DNA from: Alphaproteobacteria bacterium
GTDB taxonomy: Bacteria > Pseudomonadota > Alphaproteobacteria > UBA828
Direction: 5' to 3'
Assembly: GCA_965216915.1 (NCBI GenBank)
Contig: CBDCGS010000011.1
Coordinates: 523,230 to 587,229, forward strand
DNA: 64,000 nt
Shown: in pieces, positions 29,309 to 39,133 of the stretch
Numbering within the stretch: the stretch's first letter is position 1
Layout: each line of letters starts with the position of its first letter
Position numbers and translations under genes: made by a program
Notes under the pieces: generated by a model
Told to the model about the DNA's origin: nothing
What the model saw: only the letters and a program-made list of their open reading frames with translations
The model's database searches: none

Positions 29309-30532
29309 TCACACGATGTCGCCGAGCGCGATCACCACGAACTTCAGGTAACCCGATTCAGGCAGCATCGCGTGCACCGGATGGTCGGGGCCGGCGCTTG
29401 CCTCCCGGATGATCCGCCCCTGGCGCCCGTCATCGCGGATTCCACGCGCGGCGGCTTCGCGAAATGCCTCCGGTGCGATGGAATGAGAGCAGGAGGCGAG
29501 CGCCAGAAAGCCGCGCGGCGCGACCAGGCGCGCGGCGAGGCGTGCGAGCTTCCGATAGCCGCGGAGCGCTTGCTTGGCCTCCTTTCGGCTCTTCGCAAAG
29601 GCCGGCGGATCGGCGACCACGACATCGAAGCGCTGCGTCTCCTGGGCCAGCGCCTCGAGCGCGCTGAACCCGTCCGCACGCTCGAACCGACAGGGCGCCG
29701 CCGGCCCCAACCGCCGCGCGGCGGCCTCGGCAAGCGCAACCGCCGCCGCCGACCGCTCGACCCCGACGACGGCGCGCGCCCCGGCCGCTGCGGCGAGGAG
29801 CGCAAATCCACCAGTGTGACAATAGACATCCAGCAAATCTCGTCCGCGCGCGAGGGTCGCGACGAAGCGCCGGTTGTCGCGTTGGTCGAAGAACCAGCCG
29901 GTCTTTTGACCGGCGACCACGTCGGCGAACATGGAGACGCCGTCCTCGACGACGGTGAGCGGTGTTGCGACCGCGCCTTCGACGATCGCCGGCTCGCTCT
30001 CGAGGCCCTCGAGCGTGCGCCCGCGGCCATCCCGACGGAACACGAGCCCCCGCGGTGCGAGCGTCTCGGCGAGCGCATCGCGCAGACGGTCGACCATGGC
30101 TTCGGCGCCGGCCGAATTGATCTGGCACACCACGACGTCACCGTAGCGATCGATTGCGACACCCGGCAGGCCGTCGGCCTCCGCATGCACCAAGCGATAA
30201 TACGGGTCCTCGTAGAGGGCGGCGCGGAGCGCCAATGCGTCCGCAATCCGCGCGCCGATGAAACCCGCGTCGATGGAGGTCGCCGCATTACGGCTCAGCA
30301 GCCGGGCCGCGATCAGGGCGTGTGGATTGAACGTTGCGACGCCGAGCTGCTCGCCGCCCGCATCGACCACGGTCACGAGCGTGCCCGGCGACAGAGACCG
30401 CGCATCACCCTCCATCACGATCTCGTTCGAGTAGATCCAAGGATGGCCGCGGCGAAGCCGCGCGCTACGCCCCTTGATGAGGTGTATCGCCGGGCGGGCG
30501 GACGGCACGTCCGGCTCAAAGGCACTGACCAC
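29309..30532 (-). CDS. Class I SAM-dependent rRNA methyltransferase, RlmI/RlmK-like (PUA-like N-terminus + MTase)
   Basis: SAM-binding region DVYCHTGGFAL, motif DPPAF and an N-terminal PUA-like region. Confidence 0.8.
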   Translation of the reverse strand: MVSAFEPDVPSARPAIHLIKGRSARLRRGHPWIYSNEIVMEGDARSLSPGTLVTVVDAGGEQLGVATFNPHALIAARLLSRNAATSIDAGFIGARIADALALRAALYEDPYYRLVHAEADGLPGVAIDRYGDVVVCQINSAGAEAMVDRLRDALAETLAPRGLVFRRDGRGRTLEGLESEPAIVEGAVATPLTVVEDGVSMFADVVAGQKTGWFFDQRDNRRFVATLARGRDLLDVYCHTGGFALLAAAAGARAVVGVERSAAAVALAEAAARRLGPAAPCRFERADGFSALEALAQETQRFDVVVADPPAFAKSRKEAKQALRGYRKLARLAARLVAPRGFLALASCSHSIAPEAFREAAARGIRDDGRQGRIIREASAGPDHPVHAMLPESGYLKFVVIALGDIV

Positions 30533-30562
30533 GAGATTAAAGCTCCAGCGGGTCGCGCCGGC

Positions 30563-32305
30563 TCAGAAGCCGAGCGCGACCCCTTCGCGACGTGGATCGG
30601 CGCCGCCCTCGAGACGCCCCTCCGTCACACGGATGGCGTGCAGACCGCTGGTGAGCCGGCGAACGATGACCGCGTGGCCGAGCGCCTCCAGCTGCGGCTG
30701 CAAGGCCGCGAGCGGCGTGTCGGCTTCGAGCTCGGTCGGGCCGTTCCGGTTGACGTGACGCGGCAGGCTCAGCGCGGCTTGCGCGTCGAGATCCCAGTCA
30801 AGCATGGCAATGATCGACTGGGTGACAAAGCCGATGATACGTGAGCCGCCGGGCGAGCCGATCACCGCGTAGAGCTTGCCGTCCTGATCGAAGATCACCG
30901 TCGGCGACATCGACGAGCGCGGCCGCTTGCCGCCCTCGACGCGGTTTGCGATGGCCTGCCCGTTGTCGGACGCCGCGAAGGAAAAATCGGTGAGCTGGTT
31001 GTTGAGCAAGAAGCCGCGCACCATCAGGCGCGAGCCGAAGGGACGCTCCACGCTTGTCGTGAACGAAACCGCGTTTCCGCGCGCATCGACCACCGAGATG
31101 TGACTGGTCGACGGAAGCTCCGGAGAGAGACCGTCGGCGCTGGCATGCGCGGTCGTGCCCGGCGGAAAGCCGGGGATCGCCTCGTCCATCGCGCGGTCCG
31201 CCGCGATCAATGCCGAGCGCGACGCCAAATAATCGGGCGCGAGCAAGCCCGCGACGGGAACCCGCACGAAATCCTCGTCCGCCATGTAGCGATTGCGGTC
31301 GGCGAAGGCGAGCCGGCTTGCCTCCGAGATCAGGTGCACGGCCTCCACGCTGCCGGGCGCCAGTGCAGCCAGGTCGAAGCGCTTGAGAAGGCCGAGGATC
31401 TGCAGCGTCGTCAGCCCGCCCGAGCTCGGCGGGCCCATGCCGCAGACCAGATAGCCGCGGTAATTGAGGCAGACGGGATGGCGCTCACGCGGCTGATAGG
31501 TGTCGAGGTCGACGGGTCCGAGCAGCCCCGGATTGTTCGGCGCATCGCGCACGGCGGCAACGATGTCGCGGGCGATCGGGCCCTCGTGCAGCGCATCGGA
31601 ACCCTCGCGGGCGATCGCGCGCAGGGTCTGCGCATAATCCGGGTTGCTCAGGCGCTCTCCGGCCTGCTGCGGGGTGCCGTCGTCGCGAAAGAAATAGGCG
31701 CGCGCGGCCGGATATTCGGCGAGATCGGGCGTCGCCTCGATCATCCGGGCCATGCGGGGGGAGATCGTGAAGCCCTTGTCCGCCAGGGCGATCGCGGGCT
31801 CGAAAAGGCGCGCCCAGGGGCTGCGGCCATGAAGGCGATGGACGCGCTCCAGCATGCGGACGACGCTCGGCGTGCCGACCGGCAGGCCGCCGACCGCGGC
31901 GTCGGTCCAGCCGCGCGGCGTGCCGTCGGCGCCGATGAAGAGGTCTTCCGAGGCCAGCACCGGCGCCGTCTCACGGCCGTCGAAGCTTTGCAGCGTGTCG
32001 CGCTCGGCGTCGTAGTAGAGGAGGAAGCCACCGCCCCCGATCCCAGACGATTGCGGCTCGACAAGGCCGAGCACCATCTGCGCCGCGATCGCCGCGTCGA
32101 TGGCGCCGCCGCCCTGCCGCAGCACCGCGAGCCCAACCTCGGTCGCGAGCGGGTTGGCGGCCGCGATCATCGCGGTCGCGGCGCGTGCCGGCGCGGCCGG
32201 GGCGGTCTCAACCGCGGCGTCTGTTGCTGCGGCCGGCACGCTCAGGCAAAGCGAGAGCGCGACCGCGAGGGTCGTTAGGGTGCAGCGCGCGCTCGAGATG
32301 CTCAA
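30563..32305 (-). CDS. ggt: Gamma-glutamyltransferase (secreted/periplasmic)
   Basis: Catalytic-threonine region TTHISVVD and small-subunit motifs (GSPGGSRII). Signal peptide present; the start appears to be TTG. Confidence 0.9.
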   Translation of the reverse strand: MSISSARCTLTTLAVALSLCLSVPAAATDAAVETAPAAPARAATAMIAAANPLATEVGLAVLRQGGGAIDAAIAAQMVLGLVEPQSSGIGGGGFLLYYDAERDTLQSFDGRETAPVLASEDLFIGADGTPRGWTDAAVGGLPVGTPSVVRMLERVHRLHGRSPWARLFEPAIALADKGFTISPRMARMIEATPDLAEYPAARAYFFRDDGTPQQAGERLSNPDYAQTLRAIAREGSDALHEGPIARDIVAAVRDAPNNPGLLGPVDLDTYQPRERHPVCLNYRGYLVCGMGPPSSGGLTTLQILGLLKRFDLAALAPGSVEAVHLISEASRLAFADRNRYMADEDFVRVPVAGLLAPDYLASRSALIAADRAMDEAIPGFPPGTTAHASADGLSPELPSTSHISVVDARGNAVSFTTSVERPFGSRLMVRGFLLNNQLTDFSFAASDNGQAIANRVEGGKRPRSSMSPTVIFDQDGKLYAVIGSPGGSRIIGFVTQSIIAMLDWDLDAQAALSLPRHVNRNGPTELEADTPLAALQPQLEALGHAVIVRRLTSGLHAIRVTEGRLEGGADPRREGVALGF

Positions 32306-32324
32306 CGGAGCGAGGCTCCGCGCC

Positions 32325-33572
32325 TCAGCGGACGTAGATGTGGACCTCGTTGGTCCGTGCGCTCGTGCTCGTGGTCGCCGAGAGCGTGACCCGGCTCGAG
32401 GGCAGGCCCATCTCGGTCAGCGATTGCAGCACGGCATTGGCGTTGCGCTTGGCGGCGCTCGAGCCGAGCGCCACATCCGCCGGGCTGCCCTGATTGGGCG
32501 CGACCGCCACGAGATCGAACATGCTCGAGGGCCGGCGCTCCAACGCCGTCGAAACCGCCGCATAGAGCGCCTGCCGGTACTCCACGTCGGGACGGTCGAA
32601 GCGGATCACGACCAGCGGCCGCCGGTCCGCGAGCGCAATGCCCGGTTCGAGCGGCGGCGTCGGCTCGCGCTGCGCCGCCTCGCCCTGAAGCGACGCACGC
32701 TCGATCCCGCGGTTGCTCAGGCTCGGCCCGACATACTCGCCATTCTTGATCGCGAGCGAGAGGCTCGTCAGGTTGCGCCGCTCCGCATTCACATATTCGG
32801 TGTAGCGGCCGATCGTGCCCTGGATGTCACCGAGCAGGCGGTCGATCAGCACCATCGAGCGGTTGACCTCGTCCTCGATCGCGGCGAGCTGGCGGTGGTC
32901 CTCGTCGACCGCACCTTGCAAGCTGTAGGTCGCGCGCACCGATTCGAGGAGATAGGAGGCCATGGCCGAATCGCTCGCCGTGTGATTGCCGAGCGTGTTC
33001 AGCGACGCGATGTCCGTGAGCAAGCGGTCGAGCTCGCTCTGCGCGGCGTTCCACTGGCTCACCAGCACCGGGTTGCCCGGCGTCGTGCCGATGCGCAGCC
33101 GCGCGTTGATTGCCGCAACCGTCGCGAAATAGTTCTGCGAGTTCTGCCGTGCGGTGTTGCGGAACGTCTCGAGATCGATCTGGCGGCTGCGAATGGTTGC
33201 GTTGAGCGCGCCGAGTTCCGCACGCTGCTGCGCAACCTTGGCGCCGACGAACGTGCCGGTCTGCCCGGCCAACGGCTGGGCGCTCGGTTCGAAGGCGCTG
33301 ACCGTCGTCGCGCTTTGACCGAACACGGGATCGCCCGCCGCCTCGCCCGGCGACGGCTCGATGGTGACCTCGGTGCCGTTCCCCGACGGATCCTCGCCGG
33401 TGAGCGACGGCCAGAGGTCGGCGCAGCCCGCGAGCATCAGCGCGCACGCCGCAAGCGAGGCCGCGGCAACGCCCCGCCGCCGCGCCCGCGCGTCGCCGGG
33501 GGCGTCGGAGCCCCTCCTATGTCCGGGTTTCACCAAGGCTTCGTAAGTCTGTGCGGACAATCGTTTTGTCAA
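32325..33572 (-). CDS. Lipoprotein with a long coiled-coil region and a C-terminal OmpA-like (peptidoglycan-associated) domain; start uncertain (TTG at 33572 or GTG ~33535)
   Basis: Lipobox LAGC after a basic n-region; C-terminal OmpA-like block (DLVAVAPNQGSPADVALGSSAAKRNANAVLQSL). Confidence 0.6.
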   Translation of the reverse strand: MTKRLSAQTYEALVKPGHRRGSDAPGDARARRRGVAAASLAACALMLAGCADLWPSLTGEDPSGNGTEVTIEPSPGEAAGDPVFGQSATTVSAFEPSAQPLAGQTGTFVGAKVAQQRAELGALNATIRSRQIDLETFRNTARQNSQNYFATVAAINARLRIGTTPGNPVLVSQWNAAQSELDRLLTDIASLNTLGNHTASDSAMASYLLESVRATYSLQGAVDEDHRQLAAIEDEVNRSMVLIDRLLGDIQGTIGRYTEYVNAERRNLTSLSLAIKNGEYVGPSLSNRGIERASLQGEAAQREPTPPLEPGIALADRRPLVVIRFDRPDVEYRQALYAAVSTALERRPSSMFDLVAVAPNQGSPADVALGSSAAKRNANAVLQSLTEMGLPSSRVTLSATTSTSARTNEVHIYVR

Positions 33573-33793
33573 TTCGCTCGGTGGCGCGGATGGTAACCAC
33601 AGGACAATCGCTCAAACAAGCCGGTTTTGAAAGGATAACCTGCGGTCTTGGTGGAGGGAACCGGGCGCGCGGTGGCCGGTGAGGCGGAGGTTTCGGACAC
33701 GGCGCGCTCACCCCGCGGCAGCTCACTTGCGGCGGTTCGGCGATTTCGCTACCTTCGCGCCGCCGGTCGGGCGCCGCATCGCGCGGCCAGGAC

Positions 33794-33870
33794 GCGCCCG
33801 TAGCTCAGCTGGATAGAGCACCAGACTACGAATCTGGGGGTCGGGAGTTCGAATCTTCCCGGGCGCGCCA
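33794..33870 (+). tRNA. tRNA-Arg (anticodon ACG)
   Basis: Cloverleaf readable by eye: acceptor GCGCCCG/CGGGCGC, D-arm GCTCAGCTGGATAGAGC, anticodon loop CTACGAA, T-arm GGGAG-TTCGAAT-CTTCC, discriminator G and encoded CCA. Confidence 0.9.
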
Positions 33871-34245
33871 TTCCTTCCAAAGAGGATAGAGACCTCTCTC
33901 GGCGTTCACTTGGTCCTCGATTGACAGACAAGATCGCGCCATGGTGCGACATGTGCGCATCGTCTCACGACAAGCTGCGGGGAGCTCGGCATGAGTGCGC
34001 GTCAATCCGGCTGGTTCCGCCGACCAAAAACGACAAACGAGAAACGGCAGAACGCCGATGTTGCGGGCGACAACGGCGGCGCGAGCGCGGCAGTGAAAGG
34101 ACGCGTGAGAGGCGGCAAGGGAAAGGCCCGGTTGGCCGACCATCGTGACGATGAGGTGCCCGCGTCCAAACGCGATCGCTCACGGGGAAAACGCACGCAG
34201 AGTAACGTCCGCGGATGAGCCGCTCACGCCTGCTCGGGATTTGCT

Positions 34246-34770
34246 CTAGGAGGTCCAGAGCGTTGGCTCGTTCCAGGCGCGGGGGACGCGGAGCGTCCCG
34301 CGGCGCTTGGGCCTGGTGCGTCGCAGCGTGATCGACTGCCAGGCGTCGCGCCATTCCGCGGGCAAGGCAAAGGGCGCTGCAACCGCGCGCTCCGCCTGGA
34401 AGCCGAAACGTCCGTAATAGGCCGGATCACCGAGCACGAAGACGTGGTCGACGCCGGTGGATCGCAACCGGTCGAGGCCCCTCCGAACGAGCGCGCTACC
34501 GACGCCCCGTCCCTGCCAGGCCGGTGCGACCGCGAGCGGGCCGAGCAGCGCGGCGGCATCGCCGCCGTCGCTCACGCCGCATGGGGTGAAGGCGCCATGT
34601 CCGATGAGTGCGGCCTCAGCGATCGCAACCAGCGAGAGCACGCCGCGCGTCTCACGCAGCAGGGCTCTCACGAGAGGGCGGAGCTCTTCGTCCGGAAAGG
34701 CCTCCGGATAGAGCCGCTCGATCTTTGCGGCGTCGCTCGAAACGCCGTCACGAATATCGAAGCCGGCCAT
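34246..34770 (-). CDS. GNAT-family N-acetyltransferase
   Basis: Acetyl-CoA binding motif QGRGVGSALV..L. Confidence 0.85.
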   Translation of the reverse strand: MAGFDIRDGVSSDAAKIERLYPEAFPDEELRPLVRALLRETRGVLSLVAIAEAALIGHGAFTPCGVSDGGDAAALLGPLAVAPAWQGRGVGSALVRRGLDRLRSTGVDHVFVLGDPAYYGRFGFQAERAVAAPFALPAEWRDAWQSITLRRTRPKRRGTLRVPRAWNEPTLWTS

Positions 34771-34883
34771 CGTCCCCTCACCCGCTTGACCGGCGCGCGC
34801 CGACCCGATCCGCGGTGCGCCCGCTCACACCGTCGAGGGTCTCTGAGGTGGTTCGCCTCATCACCGCGCCGCCTTGGCCTGGC

Positions 34884-35780
34884 CTACGGCGCCACGCCGG
34901 CCAGATGGTCATGCAAGAGCTCCGCAAATGTGTCCGCATGGTCGTTCCGCGGGCGATGGACGGGGAAGAGGAGCTTTAGCTCATAAGGCACCGCGGGTTC
35001 GAACGCGAGCGCGCGCACGCCCCGGCCGTCGAACAAGCGCGCGGTCAGCGGGTCGACGATGCCGATCCCCACGCCGTGGGCGGCGAGCCGGCAGATCGTG
35101 GCCGAAAACGTCGCTTCGATGACGATGTCCGGCTCGACGCCCGCGCTTTCGAAGGCCCGCAGAACGGTCATTTGCATCAAGCTGCTTTCGGCCAACGCGA
35201 TGAGCGGGACGCCGGACAGCGCGGGCGGGCTGATCGATGCGCTTCGCGATAGCGGGTGATCGAGCGGAACCACGCAAAGCGCACTGAGCGCCGGGAGATC
35301 ACGGGTCGCAACGCCCGGTGTGCCGGCCGGAACGACCGCGACGCCGAGGTCATAGCGCTGCAAGGTGAGCAGATCGCGGATCTCCGGCGACGACGCCGTG
35401 TCGAGCGTCACGACGACGCCCGGGTGGCTCTCCCGAAACCGCGCGATGACCGGCGGCAAGCAGCCGACGGATGCCGCAAGCGAGGCCGTGATGCGCAACT
35501 CCCCGGCGCGCCACCGCTTGATGTCCTCCGCCGCGCGCGCGATGCGGTCCAACCCCTCGTAGCTACGCTCCACCGTCCGGAAAAGCGCGACGGCATCGGG
35601 GGTCGCGGCGAGCTTCGCGCCTTTGCGATCGAAGAGGCGCAGGCCGAGCGCCGCTTCGAGATCGCGGATGAGCCGGCTCACCGCCGGCTGCGTGACGAAC
35701 ATCATGCCGCCGGCCGCGGTCATGCTGCCGGTCAGATAAACCGCCCGAAACGCTTCGACCTGCCGCAAGTTCAATCGCAT
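34884..35780 (-). CDS. LysR-family transcriptional regulator
   Basis: N-terminal HTH (LRQVEAFRAVYLTGSMTAAGGMMFVTQPAVSRLIRDLE) plus a substrate-binding domain. Confidence 0.9.
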   Translation of the reverse strand: MRLNLRQVEAFRAVYLTGSMTAAGGMMFVTQPAVSRLIRDLEAALGLRLFDRKGAKLAATPDAVALFRTVERSYEGLDRIARAAEDIKRWRAGELRITASLAASVGCLPPVIARFRESHPGVVVTLDTASSPEIRDLLTLQRYDLGVAVVPAGTPGVATRDLPALSALCVVPLDHPLSRSASISPPALSGVPLIALAESSLMQMTVLRAFESAGVEPDIVIEATFSATICRLAAHGVGIGIVDPLTARLFDGRGVRALAFEPAVPYELKLLFPVHRPRNDHADTFAELLHDHLAGVAP

Positions 35781-35888
35781 CGGTCAATCATAATATTTTG
35801 TTATGAACATGCTCAAGATTCGATTGGATTTGATGGCGTGCGTGCTCTTGACTGCCCCCGATCCGCTTCGTCGCAAATGGAGGAGACA

Positions 35889-36761
35889 ATGGCCCTTTCA
35901 ATCCGGCCCCTCGACGGACCGATGGGCGCCTTGGTCACCGGCCTCGATCTCCGGCGTCGCCCGAGCAACGCGGCGTTCTTCGCGATCTACCAGGCGATGG
36001 TCGACCACATCGCGATCGTGATCCCCGGCCTCGAGGAGAATATCGCCTGGCTCCGTGGCTTCGGCCGGCGGTTTGGCCCCCTGGTGCCGCATGTGCTGGA
36101 TCGGTACCACCACCCGGAGACGCCCGAGATCTCGGTGATCGCCCGCAACACCGGCACGCCAGACTCACGTCGAACGGCGAAGCCGGCGGGGGCGTACTGG
36201 CATTCTGACCTGAGCTACGCGCGCCGGCCCGCCGACGCCATTCTTCTCTACGCCTCGCGGGTTCCGCAGCGCGGCGGCGATACCGTCGCGGCCAACATGG
36301 CGCTCGCCTACGACGCTCTTCGCCCTGCGACCAAGCGTCGGTTGGCCGGCAAGACGGCGATCCACCGCTACGGTTGGAACACGGAGGGGGCAGCGCCGCG
36401 GCTGACCGCGCGGCAACGCGCCAGCCATCCCGATGCCGTCCACCCGGTCGTCCGAGTGCACCCGGTGTCGCGGCGGAAAATCCTGTTCGTGAGCCCCGGC
36501 TACACCGTGCGCATCAACGGGATGGAGCAGGCCGAGAGCGACGACCTTCTCGCCGAGATCTTCGAGCATGCGTTGGATCCGGCCTACCACTATCGCCATC
36601 GGTGGTCGGCCGGCACGTTGCTCGCCCTCGACAATCGTGCCTCGATGCACCTGGCTCTCGACGACTATGACGAGCCGCGACGACTGCTCCGCATGATCGT
36701 CGGCTGCACGGAAGGACGGTTGACCGGAGCGCCCGGCCCCGACCGCCAACAGCGCAATTAG
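35889..36761 (+). CDS. TauD/TfdA-family Fe(II)/2-oxoglutarate-dependent dioxygenase
   Basis: Conserved HxD (WHSDLSY) and a distal His region. RBS GGAGGAGACA precedes the ATG at 35889; the track ORF has a spurious 5' extension. Confidence 0.85.
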   Translation: MALSIRPLDGPMGALVTGLDLRRRPSNAAFFAIYQAMVDHIAIVIPGLEENIAWLRGFGRRFGPLVPHVLDRYHHPETPEISVIARNTGTPDSRRTAKPAGAYWHSDLSYARRPADAILLYASRVPQRGGDTVAANMALAYDALRPATKRRLAGKTAIHRYGWNTEGAAPRLTARQRASHPDAVHPVVRVHPVSRRKILFVSPGYTVRINGMEQAESDDLLAEIFEHALDPAYHYRHRWSAGTLLALDNRASMHLALDDYDEPRRLLRMIVGCTEGRLTGAPGPDRQQRN

Positions 36762-37279
36762 ATGTAATCGCCGGCTTCCCTGTCGATCGCGCGGCGCCAT
36801 TTGCTTTCGGCGTCGCTGTCGAAGACCAGCGCCGCGTCGCCATCAACCGTGATCCAGTCGCCGCGCGCGATCTCACCCTCGAGTTGGCCGGGGCCCCAGC
36901 CGGCATAGCCGAACGCGAGCAGTACTTGAGCCGGCCCCGCGCCGCGCGCGATATCCTCCAGCACCTGCGGACGGTTGGTGAACGCGATCGACGGATCGAT
37001 GACCCGCGTGCCCTCGATGGCATAGTCCGGCGAGTGAAGCACGAAGCCGAGGCTTTGATCGACCGGACCGCCATAGTGCAGCGTGATAGTGCCGGAGGCG
37101 TCCTTCGCGTCGAGGCCGAACTCCTCGAGGAGCACGGCAAGCGGCCCGTCGGCGAACGGCCGGTTGACGATCAGGCCGAACGCGCCGCTTTCGTCGTGCT
37201 CGACGAGATAGATCACCGTCTCCTGAAACCGGGGATCGCCCATTCGCTCGGTCGCGACCAGCATGAAACCGGTCAGCAT
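36758..37279 (-). CDS. YqgE/AlgH-family protein (UPF0301/DUF179); may carry an N-terminal membrane-anchor extension (up to 37546)
   Basis: Family block FMLVATERMGDPRFQETVIYLVEHDESGAFGLIVNRP. The upstream in-frame region encodes a basic stretch plus the hydrophobic segment VAALLLVALIVATVV. Confidence 0.7.
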   Translation of the reverse strand: MLTGFMLVATERMGDPRFQETVIYLVEHDESGAFGLIVNRPFADGPLAVLLEEFGLDAKDASGTITLHYGGPVDQSLGFVLHSPDYAIEGTRVIDPSIAFTNRPQVLEDIARGAGPAQVLLAFGYAGWGPGQLEGEIARGDWITVDGDAALVFDSDAESKWRRAIDREAGDYI

Positions 37280-37401
37280 CTGCGCGCGCGGCGACGCGAT
37301 TTCCACGACCGTCGCGACGATCAGCGCGACCAGCAGCAGCGCCGCGACATGGTGCCGCGTCGCGCGGTGTTTTCGAAGCGCCGCGGCCACGCGGGCGGCC
37401 C

Positions 37402-38091
37402 CTACTGGAGCCCGAGGAGCGCGGGAAGCTCCGCGAGCGTGGTGATCTCCGCATCGGGCTGCGAGGGAAGCCGCTCCCGACCCTGGCCGAAGCGGTTGCA
37501 CCATGCGACGCGAAAGCCGAACGCCGCCGCGCCGTTCGCGTCCCATGCGTTGGAGGACTGAAAGCTGACCCGCTCGGGTGCGACGCCCAAGCGATCGACC
37601 ACCAGCTGATAGACCGAGGGATGGGGCTTGTAGATGCCGACATCCTCCACTGAGAGCACAGCATCGAGCGAGCCGCCGATCCCGGCGGCGCTGACCGCGG
37701 CATCGAGCATCTTGGGCTCGCCGTTCGAGAGGATCGCCGTCTTGATGCCGCGCGCCTTCAGGTCGCTGAGCAATGTCGGCACCTCAGGATAGGCCTCCAG
37801 GCTGAGATAGGCGTCCATCAGCTTCTCGCGAAGCGCCGGATCGTCGATCCCGACCGCTTCCATCGCGTAGTCGAGCGCCTCGCCCGTGACCTGCCAAAAG
37901 GCCGTGTATTGCCCCATGAGGCTGCGCAGCCAGGTGTACTGAAGCTGCTTGACGCGCCACACGTCAGAGAGCCGCGCCGCCTTCTCACCCAATGCCGCGC
38001 TGTGACGCTGTGCCGCGGAGTTGTAATCGAAAAGCGTGCCGTAGGCGTCGAACACGCATGCGCCGATATCGGTGAAACGGGGATGCGCCAT
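37402..38091 (-). CDS. Haloacid dehalogenase type II (L-2-haloacid dehalogenase-like HAD hydrolase)
   Basis: HAD motif I CVFDAYGTLFD and HAD-II features. The start was chosen at MAHPRF. Confidence 0.85.
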   Translation of the reverse strand: MAHPRFTDIGACVFDAYGTLFDYNSAAQRHSAALGEKAARLSDVWRVKQLQYTWLRSLMGQYTAFWQVTGEALDYAMEAVGIDDPALREKLMDAYLSLEAYPEVPTLLSDLKARGIKTAILSNGEPKMLDAAVSAAGIGGSLDAVLSVEDVGIYKPHPSVYQLVVDRLGVAPERVSFQSSNAWDANGAAAFGFRVAWCNRFGQGRERLPSQPDAEITTLAELPALLGLQ

Positions 38092-38196
38092 GTCGGTCTC
38101 TTCCGTCGCTCCAGCATTCCAAGCAGGCGCACTATACCTCGCGCGCGACAACCAGTCGTCGCCCGGCGAGACACCTTTGCGTGACTGGCGACGCGC

Positions 38197-38415
38197 CTAC
38201 TTATGGCGGAAGGTGATGCGGCCCTTGGTGAGATCGTAGGGGGTCATCTCGACGTCGACCCGATCGCCCACAAGCACGCGGATCCGGAACTTGCGCATCT
38301 TGCCGGCGGGCCGAGCAATGATCTCGTGGCCATTGTCGAGGCGCACACGAAACATCGTGTCGGGCAGCTTCTCGGTGACCGTCCCCGAGAACTCGAGAAG
38401 ATCCTCTTTGGCCAT
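38197..38415 (-). CDS. infA: Translation initiation factor IF-1
   Basis: Near-identical to the IF-1 consensus ([15 protein letters not shown]...MFRV.LDNGHE..A...GKMRK..IR...GDRV..E..PYDL.KGRI..R). Confidence 0.95.
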   Translation of the reverse strand: MAKEDLLEFSGTVTEKLPDTMFRVRLDNGHEIIARPAGKMRKFRIRVLVGDRVDVEMTPYDLTKGRITFRHK

Positions 38416-38646
38416 GAACCCCCTTGGCGTCGCCCTATCCGCGGCCCGGTCGGCGGCCCGCCGGTGCGGCTACGGCGCTGCTGAACCTGCCCATTCGCAA
38501 GTCCGCGCGGGTTGTCGCATATGGTGAGCGATTTGTTAAGGCCGTTTCCGCGGTGGGCGTCCCCGCGATCGCCATGGCAATGCAAAGAGTTCGTTAACCA
38601 GAACAAGCTATGGTTGTGACGCTCCCCTTGGGTTTGGTGAGTCACG

Positions 38647-39021
38647 ATGGCAACCGGCACAGAAATATACATCTGCAAAAAAGGCCAGAAGCTCGAGGAC
38701 GGGCGCATGGAGTTCGTGCCCGAGCGGATGGACAGGAACCGCGCGCAACTGGACGCGCGGGAGCGGATGGATCGCGACGAGAGTATCGCGAAGATCGGCT
38801 ATTACGCGGTGGACGACGAGGGCAATTTCAAGCCGATCCACACCGCCGAAAGTCCGATGGTCAACGACGCAAGCAAGCCCGCGCAAAAGGCCAAGCAGAG
38901 CAATGGCGCATCCGCCGGACGCCGCTCATCCGGGGCGGCATCAGCCGGCACGAAAGGACGCAAGCCAAAACGGTCTCTCATGGCGCGTCTGCTCGACCTC
39001 GTGACAGAGGAAGCGCGCTAG
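38647..39021 (+). CDS. Hypothetical protein, 124 aa
   Basis: ORF with a weak SD (GGTGAG) and a charged, low-complexity C-terminus; no family recognised. Confidence 0.4.
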   Translation: MATGTEIYICKKGQKLEDGRMEFVPERMDRNRAQLDARERMDRDESIAKIGYYAVDDEGNFKPIHTAESPMVNDASKPAQKAKQSNGASAGRRSSGAASAGTKGRKPKRSLMARLLDLVTEEAR

Positions 39022-39133
39022 CCACGCCAAGCCGCGCCGCACCGCTACGGCGCCAGCACCTCCTTTCGATCGCAAAGCAGCCGGCACACGGCCTGTTCGC
39101 CTGCCCATGTCACGGTGCTATGGTGCCGTCGCC

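Noticed and set aside
29210-30844. 544-aa plus-strand ORF over the RlmI-like and GGT genes (and 29344-30288, 29430-30128 minus-strand alternative frames)
   Set aside because: Antisense or alternative-frame low-complexity ORFs of GC-rich DNA.
32100-33596. 498-aa plus-strand ORF and 32827-33447 minus-strand alternative frame over the lipoprotein gene
   Set aside because: Arg/Ala-rich shadow frames; the lipoprotein frame has a signal peptide, lipobox and OmpA-like domain.
35256-35888. 5' extension of the TauD/TfdA dioxygenase ORF
   Set aside because: Antisense to the LysR gene. The true start is at 35889 with a GGAGGAGACA SD and the N-terminal sequence MALSIRPLDG.
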